Below are positions 50,501 to 62,500 of a stretch of DNA of 64,000 bases, one piece after another. The stretch lies in contig NIVC01001116.1 in NCBI GenBank assembly GCA_002269645.1, forward strand, positions 35,222 through 99,221. The letters are read 5' to 3'. Source of the stretch: Macrostomum lignano (lineage: Eukaryota). How positions within the stretch are numbered: the first letter of the stretch is position 1; every line of letters starts with the position of its first letter. Under the pieces are notes generated by a model. That model did not search any database. It was not told the origin of the DNA and saw only the letters and a program-made list of their open reading frames with translations. The translations under genes and the position numbers were made by a program.

Positions 50501-53500
50501 CACTGACTCTTTCCCGACACCCACTGATTCTTTCCCGGCACCCACTGACTCCTTCCAGACACCACTGACTCTTTCCCGACACCCACTGATTCTTTATCGG
50601 CACTCACTGACTCCTTCCAGACACCACTGACTCCTTCCCAAACACCTACTGACTCTTTCCCGACACCCACTGACTCCTTCCCAAACACCTACTAACTCCT
50701 TCCCGGACACCACTGACTCCTTATCGACACCACTGACTCACATCCGACGTTTCTAATTACTCCTTGATCTAACCCAAGCAATTTTAAATAAGTATAAAAT
50801 GACTGTGCACTCATTTTGTTAAGTCTACCGCAGCAAAACCGAATTTTGCCCCTATACAGGACAACTTTGCTGGTTGTGGCACCTGCTCCGGGTATTCTTA
50901 CACCACCTGCAAAGCGTGCACTGCCAGCTACTGCAATACTCGACCGCCTGTTCTGAACTGTTACTACAGCAATGGAGACTATCTTCACAGCAGCCGAAGG
51001 AGGAGGAGATGTGAAAGTAGCTATTGCTATGAGTACAGCTTTACCTATGCTACTATCGATGTGAGTTTCAGACTCAAGTCGGAGTGCTGAAGTAATGTCT
51101 AATTTTATAATTTTATAGAATTAAAGTATAAAAATCTCTTTAACGGTTAGACAGCATCTTTGACCTGTTAGACAGTGACGTCAACCTGTTAGACAGTGAC
51201 ATCAACCTGTTAGACAGTGACATCAACCTGTTAGACAGTGACGTCAACCTGTTAGATAGTGACATCAACCTGTTAGATAGTGACGTCAACCTGTTAGACA
51301 GTGACGTCAACCTGTTAGATAGTGACATCAACCTGTTAGATAGTGACGTCAACCTGTTAGACAGTGACGTCAACCTGTTAGATAGTGACATCAACCTGTT
51401 ATACAGTGACGTCAACCTGTTAGACAGTGACGTCAACCTGTTAGATAGTGACATCAACCTGTTAGATAGTGACGTCAACCTGTTAGATAGTGACATCAAC
51501 CTGTTAGATAGTGACGTCAACCTGTTAGACAGTGATGTCAAACTGTTAGACAGTGACGTCAACCTGTTAGACAGTGATGTCAACCCGTTAGACAGTGACG
51601 TCAACCTGTTAGACAGTGACGTCAACCTGTTAGATAGTGACATCAACCTGTTAGATAGTGACGTCAACCTGTTAGACAGTGACGCCAACCTGTTAGACAG
51701 TGACGTCAACCTGTTAAACAGTGACGTCAACCTGTTAGATAGTGACATCAACCTGTTAGACAGTGATGTCAACCTGTTAGACAGTCTTCAACAACACTAG
51801 TATTGTCCCCATCATCATAGATCTTCTTCGCCGGCTGTGGAGAGTGCTCAAAGCTCGACTCCTATAGCAACTGTAGAGCCTGCAACAGCGGGGACTACTG
51901 CAACTCTGCCGCCAGTCTTCGAGGCTGGAATTTTACCGCCTTCGCCACCGCCGTCATTCTGGCTATGATTCGGTTGCTGTGACTCTGTTAACAAATGTCT
52001 GTCACGTGTTAACTTCAAACAGATTTATTTATTCCTGATTACCTCGTCTGACGCTTCTATTAGCCATCACAGCTCGCATTAACTGTCTCATCTGACAGAG
52101 TGGATGACCGCGAACCTATCCAGATACAGGGTGAAACAACTTGATGAAGAATAAAAACTTACTGATTGAAAAAATGTTTGTTTTATTATATATTCACTTA
52201 GCAGAGAATGCTAATATTCAATAACTAGTTGCCCTTTCTTTCATGAACAAATTTATTGTTTATTTTAGTGGAGCAGAAGGTTTGCTGGACCAGCCTCCTA
52301 GATCTTCAATTGCTGGACCAGCCTCCCATAACCCCAGTTGCTGAGCCAGCCTCCCAGATCCTCATTTGCTGGGCCAGCCTCCCAGATCCTCAGTTTCTTG
52401 GCCAGCCTCCCTGATCCTCAGTTGCTGGGTCACCAGCCTCCCAGATCCTCAGTTGCTGGGCCAGCCTCCCAGATCCTCAGTTGCTTGGCCAGCCTCCCAG
52501 ATCCTCAGTTGCTGGGCCAGCCTCGCAGATCCTCAGTTGCTGGGCCAGCCTCCCAGATCCTCAGTTGCTGGGCCAGCCTTTCAGATCCTCAGTTGCTTGG
52601 CCAGCCTCCCAGATCCTCAGTTGCTGGGCCAGCCTCGCAGATCCTCAGTTGCTGGGCCAGCCTCCCAGATCCTCAGTTGCTGGGCCAGCCTTTCAGATCC
52701 TCAGTTGCTTGGCCAGCCTCCCAGATCCTCATGATGTGTTCCTTATTACCAGTCCTCAACTGTAATCAAGGAACAATCACTTCTAGCTCTGTAGCTAGGC
52801 AACCCAGTAATCAAATGAAGGTATTCAATTACCTTTGAGTCCTTAAATGAGAGCTCTCGTAATAATCCTCGTCCGTAGTATCGCGATCAGTAACTTTCCT
52901 GTCCTTCAGGAAGTTTAGGCGCCTGGTAACAGTTGATCTGGTCCGTTATCTCCTTTGTCCTCTTGACTTCTTGCCGGCCGGTATCTGTAGTTCGGACCAA
53001 TAAGAAGCTTCCAAATTAACAATGGGTACCCTGCGCCAAACTGCGGTTTAATATAAGCCTACTCCTTCTAGTAGTGCCTCTATGCACTCTAGGTATGGCT
53101 CCGGAAACCACTGATAGTCTTCTAAGATCTATCAGGGGCAGTCCTTCTGGAGACTGCAACCAGTGGAGTCTAAACAGACTCAAGAGTCTCAGCAGACTCA
53201 AATAAACTCAAGTCTCAATAGACTTGAGCGAGACGTCTCAACCAACGGGCGCAAATGAGTAAGGCTTACCGCAAGAACTCGTCCACGACGCGAGTTTCTT
53301 CAGGAAGGCTTCACTAGAGCTTCCTCTTCGGAGCTTCTCTCCCTTGGAGATTGTTGGCTCCGGGTCCGTTCCGGACCACTTGTATTTATAGGCGTTCAGA
53401 CCTCTCTCGAGGTCGTACATCACTGTCTTCGCAAATGTCAAAGGGTCACGATTCGGTGGCTGTCAAGCATGACAGGGTAGAAAGTTGCGCAACTAGTCTA

Positions 53501-56500
53501 CTGTAAAAGCGCATGATTGGTTACCGTAGCTGGTAGACTTTGATTGGTTCATCCGGGTGCAACCCGAGTGCAAACAAAATGATGACTTGAAGGTGGGGTT
53601 TGAATTGACAGTTGTTGGTCGCACGTGATTGGGTGATTTCTAAAATTAGCATGCTCGAGGTCTCTCTCTTCCTATTGGTTAGTCCGAATATACTTATAGT
53701 TCAAAGCATACCTTTATTCATGCTCTTCAATTTACTACTAAATAAAATGTGTGAGTAGTACATTAACACTTTTATGTCTTCTTACGGGAGGTAGAACACT
53801 CTACAAAATCTCCCATGTTTACAAAAAAACTCGTCCCGAGTTTTAAAGAGAGGATTGAAACGCATAAAAAGTTCAAGCATGTCTTTATAATAATCATTTG
53901 TCATAAGTGTTACAGGTATTTAGTAATGGGTAGTTAAGAGCGTTGGTTATAAAAGTTATTTAAAGGTAAGTATACGCATGCAAATAAAATGTTTTTGGTT
54001 ACAGTATTGACATGTGCGCCAAGACTAACAATAGGCGCACTGCCGCAAACTACTTCTACCTATCGGGTAATTCTGCCAGAGCTGAATATAATGTGAGTCG
54101 CTTAAACATTGTCCGCATATGCGATGTCTGTTTTCACAAATAATTGGTGGCTTGACAGCCAAGTCATCAGTTAAACATATTGGGCATTCGTAGAGTTGCT
54201 GTAGTTGGGGCGCCTGTTTGGACAGTGCGTTGCCCATTGTCGTTGTCGCTTGAAGTTTGAAGTCGCTCAGATTAGTCGCCTCTTACGACAAGCTTGCGAA
54301 GCTGTAGAGCTATTCTGACCCGGTCTCTACACGGGTTGTTTTCGCAACTTAACGAGGTCGCAGATTGTAGCCATGGTGCTGGTTCTCGGTTGATGTTTGT
54401 GTCTCCTCGTGTTTTGTTGCGATGTGGCGGTTCGCCGAACGCGTGCGATCAGCGTTGCCTAGTGACGGTAAAAATGTTGTCGTGTCAGTGTTGATCTTCT
54501 TTAGTCGATGAATGTGCACGTAGAATTGGTGCTGATGAGGATCTTGCACATTGGCCAGGCGTGCCGTTGTCGGTGACGTTAGTTGGACCACTCGATATGG
54601 TCCTTTGTACTTCTGTGCGTGTTTGTGCGTCTGTTGCGGCGGATAGTGCAGGTAGACGATGTCGCCGGCTGTCAGAGTTGTCGATCTCGTGTCGGTGCCG
54701 GTGGTTAGAGCCACCTGATTGTCGATGTTGTGCTTGGCTACTTTCCATGCGAGGTGTAGTTGCGTGACGAACTTTTGAATGGACGTCGGGACTTCCACAT
54801 ATTGCGATGGTAGTAGTTGCTGTGCCAATAGGTTTGGTGGTTGGAAGTCTCGTCCAAACATTAGAAAGAATGGCGTATTGTCCGTTGATCGATGAATAGC
54901 GCTGTTGTAGGCCATTGTTACTGCTTGCAGATAGATGATCCAGTCGTCCGGTTGTTGATGCGCGAAGTGTGTAATCATCTCGTGTAGGTTGCGGTGAAAC
55001 CTTTCAACCATGTTCGCCTTCGGATTGTAGGTCGATGTGTAAATCTGCGTGATGTTGAGGATCTTCACCACTTGCTGAAAGAGTTGAGACGTAAACTGCG
55101 ATCCATTGTCCGATGTGAGGTTCTTTGGCGTACCGTACTTGCAGATGATGTCGTTGAAGAAACCCATTGCCACTGTCTGAGCTGTGATGTCCGGTATTGG
55201 TATGGCAATAGCAAACTTTGAGAAAATGTCCAAGGCTGTTAGGATGTAGGTGTAGGCTATGCCATGGAGACAGCTCGGTGGCAGCGGTCCGGTGATGTCG
55301 ATGCTGAGACAGTCCATAGTTGTTGACTTTGGTATCGATTGTAGCTGTGGTTTTTGTCGTCGTCCTGTCTTCGATGCTGCGCATGAGTGGCAGTTGTTGC
55401 AATACTGCTTGATGTCGCCATGCATGCTTGGCCAAAAGTAGTATTGCTCCACTCTTGCAACGGTTTTGGCTGCCGACAGGTGTCCAGCGAGTGGGTTGTC
55501 GTGCAGCTCGTTGAGAATTGCCTGCCTAAACGAATATGGCATGTAGATTTTAGGTTTGTTGTCACTCATCCAGTAGAGTCGTGACTTGTTGATTGTTAAA
55601 TGTTGTCGCTGCTTGCGCAGGAATTTTCGTTCCACGGGGCTGAGCTTGATGTCCTTGTCGTTGTTTTTAACTGCTATGTAGAAGTTGTCGTGTTCCGTCT
55701 CATCCACCAATTCCTTGATGTTAGGGATTGGATGAATGGCGTTGACTTCGTAGGCTCTTGACAGGGCGTCCGCGGCCTTGTTAGTAATTCCTGGTTTGTA
55801 GACGAGCTTGTAGTTGTAGTCCTGGATCTTGAGTGTCATCCTGATGAGTCGGTTGTTTGTTTGTCCTTTTGTAGTTACGACGTAGGTCAGCGGTGCGTGA
55901 TCTGTGCGTACTATCGTCTGTAATGGAGATCCATAGATGTAGTAGTGAAACTGTCGTAGGGCGAACAGAACTCCTAGTAGTTCTCGTTCCGTAGCTGACC
56001 ATTTTGTCTCATTCGGTTTAAGTGCTCGACTGACGTAGGCTATAGGTCGTTCCTTTTTGTCTTCAGTTTCCTGTAGTAGGACTGCTCCGAGTCCCGTTCC
56101 TGAGGCGTCTGTCTCGATGATGAAGGGTTTGTCGAAGTCCGGATGCTGTAGCAGTGCGTCTGATGTCAGCTGTCGTTTGATTTCGTCAAAACTTTCTTGT
56201 TGCTTTTGTGTCCAATTCTCCTGCTTCCATTTGTCGAACTTGAGCAGGTCGTACAGCGGCTTTGCTGTCTTCGCGAAGTTGGGTAAGAACTTTCGGAAGT
56301 ATTGCGCAAGTCCAAGAAATGATTGGACCTTCGTTTTGCTAGTTGGCGTAGGAAACTTTTTCACTTTATCCACGTTGTCTGGGTCCGGTGAAATTCCTTT
56401 GGCTGTCACCTGATGTCCCAGGTAACGCACGTTGTCTCGGAAGAATTTGCATTTAGTTGGTTGTAGCTTCAGACCTTGACGTTGTATAAGCGCGAGGGCC

Positions 56501-59500
56501 TTCTCCGTCGCTTCATAGAGTCGTTCGAAGTCTTCTCCGTAGGCCAAGATGTCGTCAACATAGTGCAACAGGTTCGTGCATCCTGCAAGCATGTATGCTG
56601 TTAGTCGGCTCATCGTTGCTGGGCTGTTGCTGAGTCCCATCGGCGATCGATTGTACTCGTATACTTGTCCATTGTAGGTTTTGAAAGCCGTGTACTGTCG
56701 TGACTCTTTCTCGATTTCAATTTGCCAAAATCCATGACGTAGATCGAACACTGTGAACAATTTTGCCGTGTTGAGCTTTGCTAGTAGTTCGGAGATCTTC
56801 GGTAGGCTTTGCTGATCCGTCGGTATGTACTTGTTCAGTAGTCTGAAGTCACATACGAGTCGTCTTTCGTTAGTCTCCTTCTTTTGCACCAAGAGACATG
56901 GTGATGAGTATGCTGAAATGGCTTTGCTGATGATGCCGTGTTTCAGCATTTTGTCGATAATCTCATCGAAGTGCTGTTGCAGATGCTTGGCGATCGGGTA
57001 CGGTTTGCACTGAATTGGTTCCGTGTGCGGCAGAAGTTTGATTTCCTGTTTGATGTCCTTGGCTCGTCCGATGTCGTAGTCATGGTGGCAGAAAGCGTCG
57101 TTGTACTTCCACAACAGCTGTCGAACTTTCCTCTTTTGCTGTTCCGTAATCGGGCTGTCATCCAAATTGATCTTCTTTTGAAATTCTTCCTCTGTTAGTC
57201 GTGGAGTCGCTTGCTCAATCAGCATAACCGATGCTTGGGTGTTGAGATGACCGATGCACATTCCTTGTCGTAGATGAACCGTTTCTGTGTTCGGGTTGAA
57301 TATTTGTACTGGCAGCTGTTTATCTTTTGCAACCAGTACTAGTGCCGTAGGCATCATAATTTGGTGTTTAGCCGTGACTCTTCTGTTTGGGTCGAATATC
57401 ATTGCTTCCTCCGTTGCGTTAGTTGCCTTTGCCTTTATCCAGCAGGCGCTCTCCGGTTGGATGATGACATCTTGTTGCAATGTTACTTTTGGTAGTACTC
57501 GGATCTGGTTGATCAATGGTTGTTCTACCGAGTCGATCTTGAACGTTTGCTTATTGAAGTCGAAGGTCAATGGTAGTCGAAGCTGCTTGAACGTGTCGAT
57601 GCCAACAATAACGTCCTGGTTTGGGAGTCTGTCGATGACGTACGTTGGAACTGTCAAATGTTTATTAGCGATTCTTAAATCAATGTCGGCTTTTCCCAGA
57701 ATGTTTAGCGAATGTCCTCCTGCTCCTGCAACTGCGATTGTTGCTGGCCGTAGAGCAAGTCGTAGCTTGTTGCACAGTTGTTTTGATATAACTGTGATGG
57801 AGCTGCCGGAGTCGAGTAGCGCTCGACATGGTAGATTGTTGATTACCACTTGAGCCATGGCTTTGCCAATTTCGGCGTGTAGAGTACATACGTAGTTCTC
57901 TGGCCATTTTGGGTCTTGCTGTTCTGCTTGATAGTTAGGTGGTTGTATTCTTGGTGCCGTTGGTGTTGTCGGAATCGATGGATATAGCCGCGTTGCTAGT
58001 GTCGGTTGCCCTTGAACCTCACGATGTGCAGTTTCTGTTAGTTCTAAACTGTTGTCGCCTTCCGTTGTCGTTCTTTGCATTATGGCATTCACTGTCTTCT
58101 TAGCTTTGGACAAGTTTGACTGAAGCACCGTACGATCGACGAAATGATGAAGATTGCCGTGACAATCCACACAATGCAAGCACCGTAGAAGATGAATCCT
58201 TGATAGAGACTGCCTCTTCCATTGAGCAGCTCCCAGAAGCTGTTTGTCCAAAATGATTTGATGGCGCTGTCCATTGAAACAAGGACGGGAAATCTTCCTG
58301 TCCCGGTTCCTTTGTCCTTTCTTGTGAACAGCTGGTGAATCATCTTGCGTTGGGTGATGAACGCTTGCAAGAAGTCGTTGATCGTCCATCCTGGTGTTAT
58401 CTCGTCAAGTTGGATATCGGCGAATGGCGTATACTTCGTTCTGTTGAATCGGATTTTCAAATCCTCCATGTCGTAGTTTTCGTCGACGATTACTTCCGGT
58501 TCTGTGATGTTTGCTGTCGTTCCAGTTGTTTTGATGACGTGTAGTGCATTGTCCAGTTGATAATAGTTTGCTGCCGTGGTGCAAGGTCTCGGTATTGCGG
58601 TGCCAACGATGATGTTGTGTACCGTGTCCAAGAATCCCTGAATTCGTTTTCCTTCGTAGAACGCTTCAATCCTTGGCTTGTCGTAGCAGGTTGTTGACGT
58701 GTTCGACGGCAAGATGTTAAAGTGCTGTATCGGCGTGCACTTGTATATCAACAGATGCTCGTATATTGGAACTGCCAAAACGTTCGTCATTCCGGTGATT
58801 TTACGAAAAGTCATCGTAGGGTTGACATAGTAGTTTTGTCTGGCATAATTTAAGTTGATTGCGTGCATTTTGCAAGTTAGCTGGACCAGTGTTCGATGCA
58901 AGTGGTTTAACTGGTTGTGTAGATTGTGATCCAAAGCCGTTATCTTTGCTGACAGTAGTCGGTTTGACACCAGTTTGGGACGTTCGATGTCACGTCGTCG
59001 TCTGTTCTGTTGTTCCTGCTGTTGATACGTTCCGTTGATGATCGCCAGAAAGGTTTGTTTGTCGTCATCTTTTACGTAGACTGGTATCTCTTGTTCCGAG
59101 ATGAATAGTGTCTTGTCTGTATCCTTGCATTTCAGTTTTTGCTCGACTGGTTTCTTTTGAAACGTCAGTGCCAAGTCTCCTGACTTTGCCAAAAACGTGT
59201 TTGACAGTAGACCTCCTTCAACTGTGTGATACTTTTGAAGCTTGCAGTCAATTTCCGGCTCAACTTCCCACGCGAAGAAGTATTGTCGTGACTTAGATGG
59301 TTCTTCATATCGTGAGTCGCCTCTGCGTATAATTTGCCATCGATAGTCTTGATGATATGTTGGACTCAACGGTAAGCTGTATAGTTCCTCATTCCGCAGT
59401 ATCGGCGTTGGACACCATCCTTTGCTGTATCGGCAGTCGCTTAATTGCAGTTGTAGCGACTCCATTTTTTCAAAAGGATTGTGGTAGAATGGAATATTCC

Positions 59501-62500
59501 TGATTAGGTAACTGTTTCGTGTCATGTAGTTAGTCCATGCTTCCGAAAAGTGTACATATCGTCCGTTTGCTGAGTTCTTCGTTCGGTAAAGTTGTGCCTC
59601 CCCCACTTTCTCATCCGGTTCTAGCTGACCATCCTTTGAGAACAGTGTTTGGTTCCATTGTAGACATTCAGCGTGCGACACATGTAGTTCGTGTTGCCAA
59701 AATCGAATTCTGTTCCATTGTCCTCGCCAAACTTTTTCCACTAGGTGCTTGTCTCTAAAGCACACTATTCCGAGTTGTCGATGCTTCTTGATGTTAGCTT
59801 TGTAGAGATCAATTGTGATCTTCTTTGGCTTCGTCTGATTTGTCTTGAAGTAGCTGCATTTGATGTCGGTTGGTATCTTGTAGATCATCGGTTGGATATG
59901 CGCATCCGTTGGACATATCATTGGTTTTCCATTGCTGTTGCTTTGGTGACTACTGCCGTCAGTAGTATTATGATGATCCAGAATATCCAGAATCGCCATT
60001 TTCTGAACGTTGCCGTTGTCTTTGCTGGCATTGGCTGCGGCTGCCATTCGTTATCTTCTGCGTCCGCATCGTATTCTTCCTCTTGTTCCATTGGCGTTTC
60101 CGAGCGCAAGGCATCCGATTCGTTCCGCTGCTTGTCGTCTTCATCATTTTCTTCCTTGCTTTCTTCCGATGTTGTAGTTGTGTCACTCCATTGTCTGCGG
60201 TACCTCACTTCGGCCTTGTAGTCGACCGTTTGAATGTAGGCTTCACCATTTCGTTTATATCGGATCTCGTAGCATTGATCGCTGTCGGAGCTTAGATTTC
60301 TTTCTTCCATTCCTTTGTGCCTTCCGTCTTCATGTTCTTTGTCGGCGGCTTGGTTGTCATCAGCGTCATTCTGCATCTCATAATCGTGATCGCTGCTTTC
60401 TTCTTGCTGTTCTTCTTCCATCTCTGCATTTCCGTCGTTGCTTCTTTCGTTGTCATCCTTCGTTGCCAGTTCTTTGTCGTTGCCTTTGTTTGTTTCTTCT
60501 TTTCTTTCACTGATGTCGCTTGCAATGTTTTTTCTGTGCTCACTTCTGTCTTTTCTTCTTCGCTGTCAATGTTAGTTTCTTTCATTTCGACCATGCTGAT
60601 GTTTTTTGTCTTTTCGCTGCTCTCCGCATCGAGCCAGTCGATTTCATTGATAGTGAAGTCCATTTCAAGTCGTCTATCGTGAAGACTTGCTGCTCTTGCT
60701 GTTCGCTTTCCGGTGTGTACGTGATGGCGTTTGCATATCGTTGCATCGCTTGCGTTGGTTGCTTGGGCATGTATCTGGCGTTTCGCGGTCTGTAGCCATT
60801 GTTTCCGAAGCGTTTCGTGTTTTGCTGCTGCCAATTTTGATGTTGTTGCCATGGTTTTTGCGGCTTCCTTCTGTTGAATGGCTGTCGCTGCATGTCATTT
60901 CTTGTTGACCGATGAGGACAATGTATTTGGTAGTGTCCTTCTCGTCCACAGTAATAGCATCTGGCTTGGGCTCGTTCATTTCGTCTTTTTTGTTCGGCGA
61001 TAACGGCTGTTTGATGTTGCATCAGTTTGTTTAGTTGCTGTGTCAGTTTCTGCACTTCTGTGTTGCCGGTTGTCATTAGTGGAGCGCTTGCTTCCCACTG
61101 CATTCCGCACCGTAAAAGGTCTTCCTCGGTTTCAATGTTTTCGCGTAGAAGTCTATCTCGGAGTGACGGCTGTGCATTGTTTATTACGTGCAGAATCAGA
61201 TTTTGTTCGCGATCCATCAATCGCTGTCGCTCTCTAGCGGCTAATTCTGCCGCACCCAGAGGTGGTTGGTCTGCAGCTGGCAGTGTTGGCTGATGCAGTG
61301 CCTTAATTATCTGACGGATGTCGTCCACAAAGGTCAGGAAGGATTCGGTTGGCTGCATCCTTCTGTTATGCAACTTGTGCAGTAGCACTGATCTGTTTGT
61401 GCCACAGCGGTTGAAATGCGCGCGCAGTTGAATGATTAATGCTGGGTAGTTTTGCTGTGTTGCCGCATCTAGTTTACCATAAATCTCTCGTGCAGTGCCT
61501 TGGAGGAGTGGTGGCAACAGTTGCGCTTTTTCTGGATTTTGTAGGTTGTATTCCCTACATACCAGGTCAAAATGATCAACAAAGGTGTTAAAGTCTTTTT
61601 CCATAGAAAAGGTGCCAACTGTCTCTTTGATATCTCTGTGCACCGTTGGATTGCGCCGCGCCATGTTGTTGATGGGATAGAACGGTAGCTCTAGGTCTGG
61701 GTCGATTTGTAATGGATCTTCCAGTGTGGTGTTTCTTTCGAAATAAACTTCGGTTGTAACTGATTGTCTCGCGGCGCTTTTGACACCTCAATTTGTTATG
61801 TCTGACCTTGACGGAATTCGGCTTTTGGCTGCTTTTTCTGACCTCTTATTCGCTGGCTGATTTTCGCACTTATGCGGCGTCCCGCAAAGTGTATCTTTAA
61901 AGTGCTTGAAGTGCAGCTGCTTCTTGCTTTTTTCAAAGGCCTTTCTTGTCTTCGTGACGTGCCTTGTCACGTTTTATCAAATTTCGGTTTGTTTTAGCTT
62001 TCGTCAAGTGTTTTTAATTTCGGTTTTGTTTTAGTGTGTATTGATTATTTTTCGGTTTGTTTTCAGTGTACCGGACGTTGTTTTCGGTTTTGTTTAAGGT
62101 TTACTCTTGCTCGAGCTCGTTAAAAACAAAAATTTAACACGCGTGCTCAAACGTTACTCAAAATTGACAGGTACTCAAGCCTGTATACCTAAACTTTTAC
62201 TCGAGTTTCAAATCGTACAAAAATCGAAAAGTGTCGAAAAGTGTTACCTCTAACACGTGCGCGCAAAATTAATGAAGTCGCTCTTTCGTCACTTTACAAT
62301 AGCTTGGCCAGGCTATTGCTCAAAAGTTTGAGTAGTGCCGAGAGGGCGAGATCACCAATTGATGTGTTCCTTATTACCAGTCCTCAACTGTAATCAAGGA
62401 ACAATCACTTCTAGCTCTGTAGCTAGGCAACCCAGTAATCAAATGAAGGTATTCAATTACCTTTGAGTCCTTAAATGAGAGCTCTCGTAATAATCCTCGT

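Noticed and set aside
51982-52732. Functional link between the Ly6-like gene and the adjacent env-bearing element (Ly6 proteins modulate viral entry in vertebrates)
   Set aside because: The element is a recent insertion into a repeat; adjacency alone is not evidence.
45380-52838. Large repetitive ORFs at 45380-46058, 49236-50688, 51140-51772 and 52338-52838
   Set aside because: All coincide with tandem arrays in introns.
59924-59930. GGAAAAC as a programmed -1 slippery site
   Set aside because: Does not fit X XXY YYZ; no canonical heptamer was found at any of the four breaks, so programmed frameshifting is not claimed.
54294-60908. Many plus-strand ORFs over the retroelement
   Set aside because: Antisense shadows of the minus-strand coding region without recognisable motifs.
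61665-61970. Basic in-frame extension upstream of gag interrupted by one TGA at 61788-61790
   Set aside because: No ATG and no recognisable domain; may be chance openness of the leader.
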